Part shown: in pieces, positions 26,699-34,253 of the stretch
Numbering within the stretch: position 1 is the first letter of the stretch
How the letters are laid out: each line of letters begins with the position of its first letter
From: a virus
Taxonomy: Duplodnaviria > Caudoviricetes
IMG/VR virus record: IMGVR_UViG_3300046739_000165
Location: 1 to 38,889 of that record
Reading direction: 5' to 3' (one strand)
Length of the DNA stretch: 38,889 bases
Translations under genes and position numbers: made by a program
Notes under the pieces: generated by a model
What the model was told of the DNA's origin: nothing
The model's database searches: none
Seen by the model: only the letters and a program-made list of their open reading frames with translations

Positions 26699-26910
26699 GC
26701 TGCCGCCTTTCGCTGCTGCGCGACGAAACGCCGCACGCGCTTCCGGTAGTTTTGATCGCGCTGCAAATCGTGGACTTGATTGCCGCACTTCGGACAGACC
26801 GCGAACGCTACATATCCGAACAGCAACAACTCCGCCGCATCGCCGTGTACGCTTCGTTCCAGTTGGCAGACCGGGCAGATCAGTTGAAAGCGCAGCGATA
26901 GGCCCATCAT
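26695..26910 (-). CDS. Zinc-ribbon protein (71 aa)
   Basis: CPVC...CPKC, ATGA-coupled. Confidence 0.6.
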   Translation of the reverse strand: MMGLSLRFQLICPVCQLERSVHGDAAELLLFGYVAFAVCPKCGNQVHDLQRDQNYRKRVRRFVAQQRKAAA

Positions 26911-27179
26911 GGCGCGTCCCCTTTCGGTGGCGATAGTCGCGTACCGCCGCGCGCCGCCGTAACGCCGAAGGCGTACCCGCAGCGCATCGAGCAAAATGCA
27001 TTGTCCGCGTAGCGTCCGCGTTCTTTTGCAAGGCGTGGGATCGCCGTCGGATACGGATACGATCGCAAAGGCGCGCCGCACCAAAGGCAATTGTGGCCTT
27101 CGGTCGGTCGGATGCTGCCGCGCGCCGCCCATGACGTATGTTGCCCGGCCAATCCCTGTAGCGCGATCGGGCGCGTCAT
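26907..27179 (-). CDS. Zinc-finger protein (CxxC...FCSxxC)
   Basis: CLWCG...FCSMRC, ATGA-coupled. Confidence 0.6.
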   Translation of the reverse strand: MTRPIALQGLAGQHTSWAARGSIRPTEGHNCLWCGAPLRSYPYPTAIPRLAKERGRYADNAFCSMRCGYAFGVTAARGGTRLSPPKGDAP

Positions 27180-27580
27180 GCTGCCGCCCGCATAGTCGCG
27201 TCGCATTGCACGATGCGCGCCCGCCCGGGCCCGGGCCATTGCGCCATGTTGACCGCGCCCGGCCCGACGCGCACGGTACAAGGCCACGGCCCGTCCCTGC
27301 GCTTCGCGAACGTCTCCCGGGCGGCATACTCCGTGCCCAGCGTCAAAAACTTGCGGCAGCGCGTCGCCAACTTCCGGGCGTCCAGCTTGATCCGCTCGCG
27401 CGTTGGCGTGCGATCCGGCAGGGATACGGGCGCGCCCATCAGGCGCGCCGCTTCAAACGATCCCCAAGGCACCGCAATCGCGTTCAGGCGCGCCGCGTAG
27501 AAGTCCGCGAGCGTTACCTTGTGCCGATACTCGCGATGCTGCCACGCCGATTCTACGGGCCTTCGCTGACGGCGGCTCAC
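27176..27580 (-). CDS. Hypothetical protein (134 aa)
   Basis: GTGA-coupled ORF in the early arm. Confidence 0.55.
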   Translation of the reverse strand: MSRRQRRPVESAWQHREYRHKVTLADFYAARLNAIAVPWGSFEAARLMGAPVSLPDRTPTRERIKLDARKLATRCRKFLTLGTEYAARETFAKRRDGPWPCTVRVGPGAVNMAQWPGPGRARIVQCDATMRAAA

Positions 27581-27888
27581 GGTCGCACCTTGCACGCGCC
27601 ACTATGCCTGATCCGGCAAGTCGGGCAATCGAACGGCACGCCCGGATTCATTTCATGCGGGCTCGACAGCGGCGGTCCTAGCGGCGCGATCTTTTCGACG
27701 GGCGCGGATTCCACGTTGATCGCGTATCCGTCAAACTGCGCCCCGTCGCTGTAGCGCCTGCGCTCGATCATCGGCGCGCCGAAGGCAAGCGGGCGACCGG
27801 CCTGCATGGCGAACACTGGCGCGTCCGGATTGCAGAGTGCAAGCAATTCGCGCAGCATTCCGACGGTGACTATGCGGGGCGGGCTCAT
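27577..27888 (-). CDS. Hypothetical protein (103 aa)
   Basis: TVGMLRELL...PDAPV N-terminal motif common in small phage proteins. C-terminal CPTC..H...C. Confidence 0.6.
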   Translation of the reverse strand: MSPPRIVTVGMLRELLALCNPDAPVFAMQAGRPLAFGAPMIERRRYSDGAQFDGYAINVESAPVEKIAPLGPPLSSPHEMNPGVPFDCPTCRIRHSGACKVRP

Positions 27889-28199
27889 GATTGCACCGCC
27901 CGGGCTAGTACAGACTCGGCACGCTCCGCCAACTCGCCCCAGCGCGCGGCGGACCGCTTGCTGCGGTTGATCGTTGAAACATCGATGTTGGATCGCAGCG
28001 CGTTCAGCGTTTCCAACAATTCAGCGTGCAGCTTACAGATCGCTTCGGCGCGGTTCAGTTGATAAACGAATGTCGCCATGCCGATGCCGCCGTTCGCTGC
28101 CTCATGGTCGGACCGCGCCAGCGCGACCGCGCCCGCTGGCGTCGGATCATCGTAAAACCGCGATACTTGGTCGCGGGGCGCTAACAAAGGGGTGTTCAT
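27885..28199 (-). CDS. Hypothetical protein (104 aa)
   Basis: ATG at 28199 after the TGGAGACGCC RBS. C-terminal ELLETL....AESVLARA. Confidence 0.65.
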   Translation of the reverse strand: MNTPLLAPRDQVSRFYDDPTPAGAVALARSDHEAANGGIGMATFVYQLNRAEAICKLHAELLETLNALRSNIDVSTINRSKRSAARWGELAERAESVLARAVQS

Positions 28200-28247
28200 T
28201 TTTGGCGTCTCCATTAGGTTGCATTGCAGGCCCGGGAATCGTGCCCC

Positions 28248-28280
28248 GCAAATGCTCTAGAAACGTCCTAGAGCATTTGC
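28248..28280. repeat. Perfect 13-bp intergenic hairpin
   Basis: GCAAATGCTCTAG-AAACGTC-CTAGAGCATTTGC. Confidence 0.85.
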
Positions 28281-28291
28281 AGCGCCGACGG

Positions 28292-29887
28292 TCAGGCAAG
28301 GTCTAGCGCCCGCTTCGCCGTGGCCTTGGTGGCGGTCCTAGCGCCTTCGGCACGCGCTGCCGGGCGGGCCCGGCCTGCGGCCCATTTGCGCAGCTTTTCT
28401 ACCTTGTCGCCTGCGGTCTTGGTCAACGGCACAACCGTCGCAGCGGCGGCGATCAAATCGCCCGTCGCCAACTCCCGCGCGCCATCGTTGAAGGCAGCAA
28501 ACAGCGCTTCCGGTACGATCGCGGCGATTTCCGCGCCGATGAAACCGTCGCAGGCATCCGCGACTGCCGCAACGTCGATCGTCGCGCCTTCGCGCCCGTT
28601 CGCCTTCAACGCGGCGCGCAGGACGGAGACGCGATCATCAGCGTTAGGAACGTCAACGAAAAATAATTCGTCAAACCGGCCTTTGCGCAAAATCGGTTCC
28701 GGCAGCGCGTCAACATCATTCGCCGTCGCCACAACGAACGCCTCACCCTGCCGGTCCTGCATCCATGACAGGATTGCACCCAGCGCATCCGACGACACTC
28801 CGCCGTCGGCGCTGCCGCTTGTCGCGCCTTGCAATGACTTTTCGATTTCATCGAACCAAACAACGCAGCGCCCGATCGCCTCAATGACCTTGAACGCCTT
28901 GCGCAGATTCGATTCGCTTTCGCCAACGAATTTGGACTTTAGCGCGCCCAAATCCACGCGCAGCAGGGGCACGCCCCATGCCGTCGCGATCGCTTTGGCG
29001 GTCAGCGACTTCCCGCAACCCGGCACGCCAAACAAGAACACGCCTTTGGGCGCGGGCAGACCGTATTCGCGCGCCTGCCTGCTGTACGCCGACTTGCGCA
29101 CGGCGAGCCACGCCTTCAAGGTTTCCAGACCGCCAACGGCATCGAGCCCGCCCGGTATCGGATCGATCCATTCCAGAACACGCTCGCGAGCGATGACGCG
29201 CTTTTTTTCGCCCGCCACAATGGCCGGATCGATGCGGCGCGACTGCACAAGCGAGCGCGCATAGCATGACGCTGCCTCTTCGCCCGACAGTCCGACAGCG
29301 GCATCGATGGCAGCGTCGCGCGTGCCGTTGGGTGCGGCGCTGGCCTGCATATCGTCGGGCAGGCCCGCGATCGCGCCATCAAGGATCGCGGCGATTTCCG
29401 CGCGGTCCGGCATAGGCCATTCGATAACCGTCGCGTGGCCTGCCAACTCCGGGGGGACTTCGCCCGACGGCGACAAGACGATGATCGCCTGCGCGCGATC
29501 GCGCGGCGCGACGGGCAGGGAGCGCGCAAGGTTGCGCAGTTGGCGCAGCGTAACCGCGCCCGACGCGCCGCCAAGCCACGCCGGCAGATCGCGCATAATC
29601 CAGACGCCGCGTTCGTCGCCGTTGACGGCACGGCCCGCGATCGCGGTCAGCATCGCTGCCGGATCGTTCAATTCGCCATTGCGCCCGAAAGGCGCGCCGC
29701 TGATATCGGCGGCACCTTGCGCAACGTCCCAAGTCCGCGCGACATAATGCGCGCCTGCGGCAGCTTCAAACAGCGCACGCTCAACCCGCGCCTCTTCGCG
29801 CGTGACGATCCACAACAGGGAATTCCGGGCGCGCAGCAGCGCCGATACATCGGCAGCGGCGCGCGATCCATTGTTAGCTTGATTCAT
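28292..29887 (-). CDS. AAA+ ATPase, Ycf46/SpoVK-like
   Basis: Walker A GVPGCGKS, LKSKFVGESE pore loop, Walker B VVWFDEIEK, SRH ATANDV..LPEPILRKGRFDELFFVDVP. N-terminal T.EE.R domain typical of Ycf46-like proteins. Confidence 0.93.
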   Translation of the reverse strand: MNQANNGSRAAADVSALLRARNSLLWIVTREEARVERALFEAAAGAHYVARTWDVAQGAADISGAPFGRNGELNDPAAMLTAIAGRAVNGDERGVWIMRDLPAWLGGASGAVTLRQLRNLARSLPVAPRDRAQAIIVLSPSGEVPPELAGHATVIEWPMPDRAEIAAILDGAIAGLPDDMQASAAPNGTRDAAIDAAVGLSGEEAASCYARSLVQSRRIDPAIVAGEKKRVIARERVLEWIDPIPGGLDAVGGLETLKAWLAVRKSAYSRQAREYGLPAPKGVFLFGVPGCGKSLTAKAIATAWGVPLLRVDLGALKSKFVGESESNLRKAFKVIEAIGRCVVWFDEIEKSLQGATSGSADGGVSSDALGAILSWMQDRQGEAFVVATANDVDALPEPILRKGRFDELFFVDVPNADDRVSVLRAALKANGREGATIDVAAVADACDGFIGAEIAAIVPEALFAAFNDGARELATGDLIAAAATVVPLTKTAGDKVEKLRKWAAGRARPAARAEGARTATKATAKRALDLA

Positions 29888-29935
29888 GTTCGATTGCTCC
29901 TGTAAGGCCCGGGCGCGGCGCGCCCGGGAAATGCG

Positions 29936-29964
29936 ATTAGACTACGGATATCCGTAACCGTCAA
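29936..29964 (-). promoter_or_regulatory. sigma70-like promoter for the AAA gene with perfect palindromic operator
   Basis: TTGACG-17-TCTAAT. TACGGATATCCGTA at 29943-29956. Confidence 0.7.
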
Positions 29965-30428
29965 GCGATCAATGCGACGCCGCAAAGCGCCATGCCTGCG
30001 CCTGCCACGCGCGCCGCCCATGCCGGCAGGCGGGCACCGATCGCCACGCCTGCCCCATGCAGCAGGCCCGTCGCCAGCAGCAGGCCCGGCAGCGCCAGCG
30101 CGCCCAACTCCGTACCGTGCGCGTGCCCGTGCAGCAGGGCAAAGGCAAACACGATGCCAGCGCCCAGCAGCGGGCCCGGGCGCAACGCCAGCGCCACGGC
30201 GAGCCCTAGCGCTATGACGCTAGCGCCTATGCCCGCTTCAACCCCGGGAAGGGGCACGCCGGCAGCGCCCGCGATCGAGCCCGCGAGCATCGCCAGCAGG
30301 AACGCGCCCGGCAGGACGTACACCGCACGCCCGCCCATGCGCGCCGACCATACGCCGACGGATACCATCGCCAGCAAGTGATCCGCGCCCGACAGCGGAT
30401 GCAAAAAACCGATCAGGATCGTTTCCAT
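29961..30428 (-). CDS. hupE: HupE/UreJ family nickel permease
   Basis: GFLHPLSGADHLLAM (HX5DH), VE.GI.ASV, FALLHGHAHGTE and ATGLLH..G motifs, with multiple TM segments. Confidence 0.9.
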   Translation of the reverse strand: METILIGFLHPLSGADHLLAMVSVGVWSARMGGRAVYVLPGAFLLAMLAGSIAGAAGVPLPGVEAGIGASVIALGLAVALALRPGPLLGAGIVFAFALLHGHAHGTELGALALPGLLLATGLLHGAGVAIGARLPAWAARVAGAGMALCGVALIA

Positions 30429-30769
30429 CAATGCCCCTTGTGCCATGTTTGACCGCCATCGTGAGAATGCAGACCTTGCCCGATCGCCTGACGATCGATG
30501 CCCCGGCCCGCCATCTGTTCAGCCTTCGCGATCGCCGCCTTTGCCAGCGGCGATCCGCTCACCATGATGCGACGGTACGCGCAGGCATCGGTTACGCCGT
30601 CGCGATCCTTCGCGTCGATGCCATCGAACGCCACGCCCCCATTCGCGCCAACGCGGGCCTTAATGCGGCCCGCGATCAGCCCGGCAGCGAAGCGATCGAC
30701 AGCGCTGCGGACTTCGGCGATCCGCTCGCTGATCGTCTGCTGCGGTTTTAACTTTGTGTCGCAGGGCAT
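30428..30769 (-). CDS. Hypothetical protein with His-rich C-terminus (113 aa)
   Basis: GGAG RBS. MPCD...DACAYRR...LHSHDGGQTWHKGH. Confidence 0.8.
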   Translation of the reverse strand: MPCDTKLKPQQTISERIAEVRSAVDRFAAGLIAGRIKARVGANGGVAFDGIDAKDRDGVTDACAYRRIMVSGSPLAKAAIAKAEQMAGRGIDRQAIGQGLHSHDGGQTWHKGH

Positions 30770-30774
30770 GATCG

Positions 30775-31569
30775 CTACTCCAATTCGATCGCGACGACGG
30801 GCAGCGCGCCCGACAGATCAACGACGGCGGGCGCATCAAGGTCTAGCGCCCGGGCGCTGGCGTCATGCTCGATCAGCAGCGGCGCGGCATCGTCAAGGTC
30901 TAGGAACGTGGTACGGGCCGTCGCGATCTTGCGCGCGACTTCGCCATCGATCGCCAGCGCTGCGACTTCGCCTGCCTTCGTCGCCTTGACGACGGCGCGG
31001 GCGGTCTTGCGCGCCGCGTCGATAACGTCCTGCACGCGGGCCTTGCCTTCGTCGGACAGCATCGTTGCGATTTCCTGCGCGCGGCGCGCTGCGTCGCGGA
31101 CCTTTGCCGGATCAAGGTTTGCAACGCCCGACTCCATCAGACTCAGAATGTCGCGTAACTCCGCCTTGATGGCGCGGGCAGCTTCTACGTCGTCCTGCGC
31201 GACGCGCCCGGTGATGACGTACAGGGAAATGCGAGTGATCTTCGCCGTCGCATTGAAGGCATCGATTTTGCTGCGCGCTTCGGCAATGGCAGCGTCCAAC
31301 TCCGCCGCCTTCGCTTCCGGGCACAAGTAACCGAAGGCAGTAGCGGCGCAAATCTTCGCGACGGTGTACGTCGCCTCACGCCGCACCGATGACGCTAGCG
31401 CGTGCTCTGCTGCATCGGCAATCGTGCGCTCCGTCTCCCATTTGGCAAAGCGCGTTTCGTCGGCGATCAACTGATCGGCGACGATCGTGCGCTTGACGTA
31501 TGACACGTTCCCGCGAAGGGACGTTTTCAGCCCTACCAGCAGGCCCGGGCGTAGCGTGTTCGTTTCCAT
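30775..31569 (-). CDS. Hypothetical helical protein (264 aa), AAA-module partner
   Basis: TGGAGACGCC RBS. C-terminal FLDLD/RALDLD/IELE motifs. Confidence 0.8.
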   Translation of the reverse strand: METNTLRPGLLVGLKTSLRGNVSYVKRTIVADQLIADETRFAKWETERTIADAAEHALASSVRREATYTVAKICAATAFGYLCPEAKAAELDAAIAEARSKIDAFNATAKITRISLYVITGRVAQDDVEAARAIKAELRDILSLMESGVANLDPAKVRDAARRAQEIATMLSDEGKARVQDVIDAARKTARAVVKATKAGEVAALAIDGEVARKIATARTTFLDLDDAAPLLIEHDASARALDLDAPAVVDLSGALPVVAIELE

Positions 31570-31616
31570 TGTGGCGTCTCCAAAAAGGTTTAGTTGCTAT
31601 CGGGCACTGTCGCCCC

Positions 31617-31648
31617 GTTAGCGCTTTGCAGCATCGCAAAGCGCTAAC
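31617..31648. repeat. Perfect 13-bp intergenic hairpin
   Basis: GTTAGCGCTTTGC-AGCATC-GCAAAGCGCTAAC. Confidence 0.85.
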
Positions 31649-31659
31649 AGAGTCGGCGC

Positions 31660-31869
31660 TTAGGCGACGATATAGTTATGCGTCTCTGTCAGCGTCATGC
31701 TGACGCTGTACTTATCGCCGAAGGATTCAGCAATGGCAGCGTGCTTTGCGAACGCTTCGTCGGCGGTGCAATCGCGCAGATCGATATCGCAATACCAAGC
31801 ATAGGCCAGCGCGCCATCAAAATTCTTTTGCCCGGTCTGCTTCGCTACGTTGATCCGATAATGTCTCAT
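31660..31869 (-). CDS. First gene of the leftward early operon, hypothetical (69 aa)
   Basis: GGAG RBS, directly downstream of the leftward promoter. Confidence 0.7.
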   Translation of the reverse strand: MRHYRINVAKQTGQKNFDGALAYAWYCDIDLRDCTADEAFAKHAAIAESFGDKYSVSMTLTETHNYIVA

Positions 31870-31909
31870 GTTTGATACTCCAATTTAGTTAAGGGGTACG
31901 ACAGAGCAG

Positions 31910-31939
31910 ATAGTAATACGGATATCCGTATGCTGTCAA
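31910..31939 (-). promoter_or_regulatory. Leftward early promoter with palindromic operator
   Basis: TTGACA-18-TACTAT. ATACGGATATCCGTAT at 31916-31931. Confidence 0.75.
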
Positions 31940-31987
31940 CAAATAAATTGCAAGGTGCAAGGCCAATCGGCAGGCCCGGGCCGGGCC

Positions 31988-32016
31988 TTGACCTTACGTT
32001 AGGCCGTAGTTAGGAT
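31988..32016 (+). promoter_or_regulatory. Rightward promoter with operator in spacer
   Basis: TTGACC-17-TAGGAT. TACGTTAGGCCGTA at 31995-32008. Confidence 0.75.
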
Positions 32017-32025
32017 TGGGGGACT

Positions 32026-32223
32026 ATGACATTCACCCAACTGGTAAGGCATTACGGCGGGCTCACCGCCGCCGCCCGGGCGCTACAGCGCCCGATAACG
32101 ACGGTTTCAACGTGGCGCGACGGTATCCCCCGGGCGGTCCAATATGAAATACAGGTATTGACGCGGGGCAAATTGCGTGCCAACGGCAAGGCATCCGCCC
32201 GCCGCGTATCCCTGACGGCATAA
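32026..32223 (+). CDS. cro: Cro-like HTH regulator
   Basis: HYGG..AAARAL......VSTW..GIP...QYEIQ.LT.GKL.A pattern of P22/N15-type Cro (YdaS-like) proteins. Confidence 0.85.
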   Translation: MTFTQLVRHYGGLTAAARALQRPITTVSTWRDGIPRAVQYEIQVLTRGKLRANGKASARRVSLTA

Positions 32224-32235
32224 GGGGCATTCGCC

Positions 32236-32658
32236 ATGCCGGCGAAACGATGGCGACTGCCGGCAGCGCCCGGCATTGCAACGGGGCAGAGCATACGTCT
32301 GGAAAGGCGCGCGCAGGCCCCCAGCGAGCCCGCCACGCCGCGCGCATCGCATCCGACGAAGTATCCGGGCGTGCAAGCGCTGTTCCGCGCGCTCTCGCTG
32401 CCGATGCCCGTCCCCGAATACGAATTCGACGCCGCGCGGCGCTGGCGCTTCGACTTCGCATGGCCCGGCCTGCGCATCGCGCTAGAGATTGACGGCGGGC
32501 TATTCGACGGCGGCGCGCATACGCGCGGCCCGGCGATCGTCGCAGCGCACGCCAAGCTAAACGCCGCCGCGACGGCGGGCTGGCGCGTGTTCTATTGCAC
32601 GCCGCAATCGCTGCGCCACGCGCCCGCGATGATGGAAAGCGCGCTCCGTCCCCCGTAG
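32236..32658 (+). CDS. Vsr/DUF559-like endonuclease
   Basis: EYEF...RRWRFDFAWP..RIALEIDGG....GAHTRG......K.N.A...GWRV. Confidence 0.8.
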   Translation: MPAKRWRLPAAPGIATGQSIRLERRAQAPSEPATPRASHPTKYPGVQALFRALSLPMPVPEYEFDAARRWRFDFAWPGLRIALEIDGGLFDGGAHTRGPAIVAAHAKLNAAATAGWRVFYCTPQSLRHAPAMMESALRPP

Positions 32659-32674
32659 CGTTTCACATGAAACA
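32659..32674. promoter_or_regulatory. parS-like site
   Basis: CGTTTCACATGAAACA matches the chromosomal parS consensus TGTTTCACGTGAAACA at 14/16. Confidence 0.5.
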
Positions 32675-32686
32675 ATACACTCCGAA

Positions 32687-32731
32687 GGATACCCCTAGGG
32701 ATATCCCCGGGGGATACCCCGAAGGATATCC
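32687..32731 (+). repeat. Four GGATAYCC(CC) iteron-like repeats upstream of the rep gene
   Basis: Copies at 32687, 32699, 32712 and 32724 (12-13 bp spacing). Further copies inside rep at 33138-33166. Confidence 0.75.
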
Positions 32732-32754
32732 ATCAAACCGACAGAGCAGGCAAC

Positions 32755-33516
32755 ATGAAGCGCCCCTCATTCCAATTTTATCCGCGCGAATGGCTCGCTG
32801 ATCGTGAACTTCGCAGTACAAATCTCGATGCGCGCGGCCTATGGATCGATCTACTTGCGATCATGCACGATTGCAAACCTTACGGGCATCTGGCGCTCAA
32901 TAATGCGCCAATGACCGACGAACAGGCCGCACGCGCCGCACAAGTAACATTGAAGCGCTACAGAAAAGCAATCAAGGAATTGCTCGCAAAGGGCGTAGCG
33001 CGCAAAAACGATCACGGAATAATCTACAGCGCCCGCATGGTAAAAGACGAATCAGCGCGCGAGTATCAAGCAAGTTGCGGCTCGCTTTCACTCCGCAACG
33101 CAAACGTGCCGCGTCCCAAGCAATTACAGTCCGCAAGGGATATCCCCCCCGATATCCCCGGGGGATCGTCGTCTGCATTTGCTTCTGCATTTATATATAA
33201 CAAGGGCTCTATGTTAGGACAGAGCGCAACACCGGAAAGCGAAAAGCAAAGTGCAAGATCAACACCGGGATATACATCCCTGAACAGCAAAACCGAACAG
33301 CAACCCCAAGGCAACGGCGAAGGCTACACCCCGCCCGCGCCACCGATCAGCAGCGTGCCGCCAGCGCCACGCGCCCGCCTGCCTTGGTTCGCTTCCGACG
33401 CCGGCATCATCGCCAAAGGCAAGGCGATCGATCTGCCACCGGAACAAGGCGAAACAAGCGAGCATTACCGCGATCGCATCCGCGCCCGACTTTCGCAGTT
33501 GCAAGGCGACCATTGA
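32755..33516 (+). CDS. Phage replication initiator (YdaU/DUF1376-like wHTH N-terminus)
   Basis: KRPSFQFYP.EWL.D..LR......RGLWIDLL..MH...PYG.L and IYSARMVKD motifs. C-terminal W..S..GI.AKG...GET...Y..RI. Internal iterons. Confidence 0.8.
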   Translation: MKRPSFQFYPREWLADRELRSTNLDARGLWIDLLAIMHDCKPYGHLALNNAPMTDEQAARAAQVTLKRYRKAIKELLAKGVARKNDHGIIYSARMVKDESAREYQASCGSLSLRNANVPRPKQLQSARDIPPDIPGGSSSAFASAFIYNKGSMLGQSATPESEKQSARSTPGYTSLNSKTEQQPQGNGEGYTPPAPPISSVPPAPRARLPWFASDAGIIAKGKAIDLPPEQGETSEHYRDRIRARLSQLQGDH

Positions 33517-33644
33517 CGCGCGTATAACCGCAATTGTCAGCGCAAGTCCGACAAAACGAGCCAGCAACGTGCCCAACCCTCACCCCGCACCGTCCGACGC
33601 AACAGCGATCGATCTGAGCCCATCAGCGGCGGGAATGTAGCGCC

Positions 33645-34253
33645 ATGCCCGGGCGATCCCTCACCCCGCCCGACGTCAGAGCAGCAAAGCGCGCGGCGAT
33701 GATCGCCGAACGGGCACGCGCACGCGATCGCGCTAACGCGATCGGAGCGCGCCTGAACGCGATCTGTTTGCGCATCATCCGGGCCGTCGGCGCTGGCGAT
33801 GATGTTGCGCACGCCAGCGCATCGCACGGCATCGCGGCGGGCGTGTTTTGGGATGCGCTTTCGCAGTCTCCGGACTTGTGCGTTGCATACGAAAAGTCGC
33901 TGCGCAATCGCGGCGCGATATACGGGGAGCAACCCGCAGCGCTTGCCGATGACTCGCTGCGCGATCCGGTTGCGTTTTACACGGATAAGCACGGCATCAA
34001 GCGCATCGATCCTGCGTTCGTTCAACTGCAAAAGTTGCGCGTCAACGCGCGTCAATGGGATGCCGAACGCTTGCGGCCTGATCTGTACGCGCCGCCGTCA
34101 ACGGCGAGCCAGCGCGGGCCGACGACGATCAACGTCACGGTGCAGCGTTTCGTCGTCGGCAAAGATCAGCGCGCATCCATCGATGCGAATGCCGACGACG
34201 ACGCAACTGCCGCGATCGACGCGCACGCTGCAAAGCAAAGCGAGCGATCGTGA
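33645..34253 (+). CDS. Terminase small subunit (Sf6 gp1-like)
   Basis: VQ..KLRVNARQW.AERL.P..Y motif. GTGA-coupled to TerL. Confidence 0.8.
   Translation: MPGRSLTPPDVRAAKRAAMIAERARARDRANAIGARLNAICLRIIRAVGAGDDVAHASASHGIAAGVFWDALSQSPDLCVAYEKSLRNRGAIYGEQPAALADDSLRDPVAFYTDKHGIKRIDPAFVQLQKLRVNARQWDAERLRPDLYAPPSTASQRGPTTINVTVQRFVVGKDQRASIDANADDDATAAIDAHAAKQSERS

Noticed and set aside
28320-29264. 314-aa + strand ORF and similar long overlapping ORFs (22469..23524, 10614..11657, 11814..12755)
   Set aside because: They are antisense to well-supported genes, are R/A/S-rich with no motifs, and are expected in GC-rich DNA.
32687-32731. Short repeat array considered as a mini-CRISPR
   Set aside because: Units are 8-10 bp with 3-bp spacers, no cas genes are present, and the location next to rep fits iterons.
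33513-33545. TTGACG and TATAAC upstream of terS as a late promoter
   Set aside because: The two hexamers are only 4 bp apart, and there is no acceptable -10 at 16-18 bp spacing.
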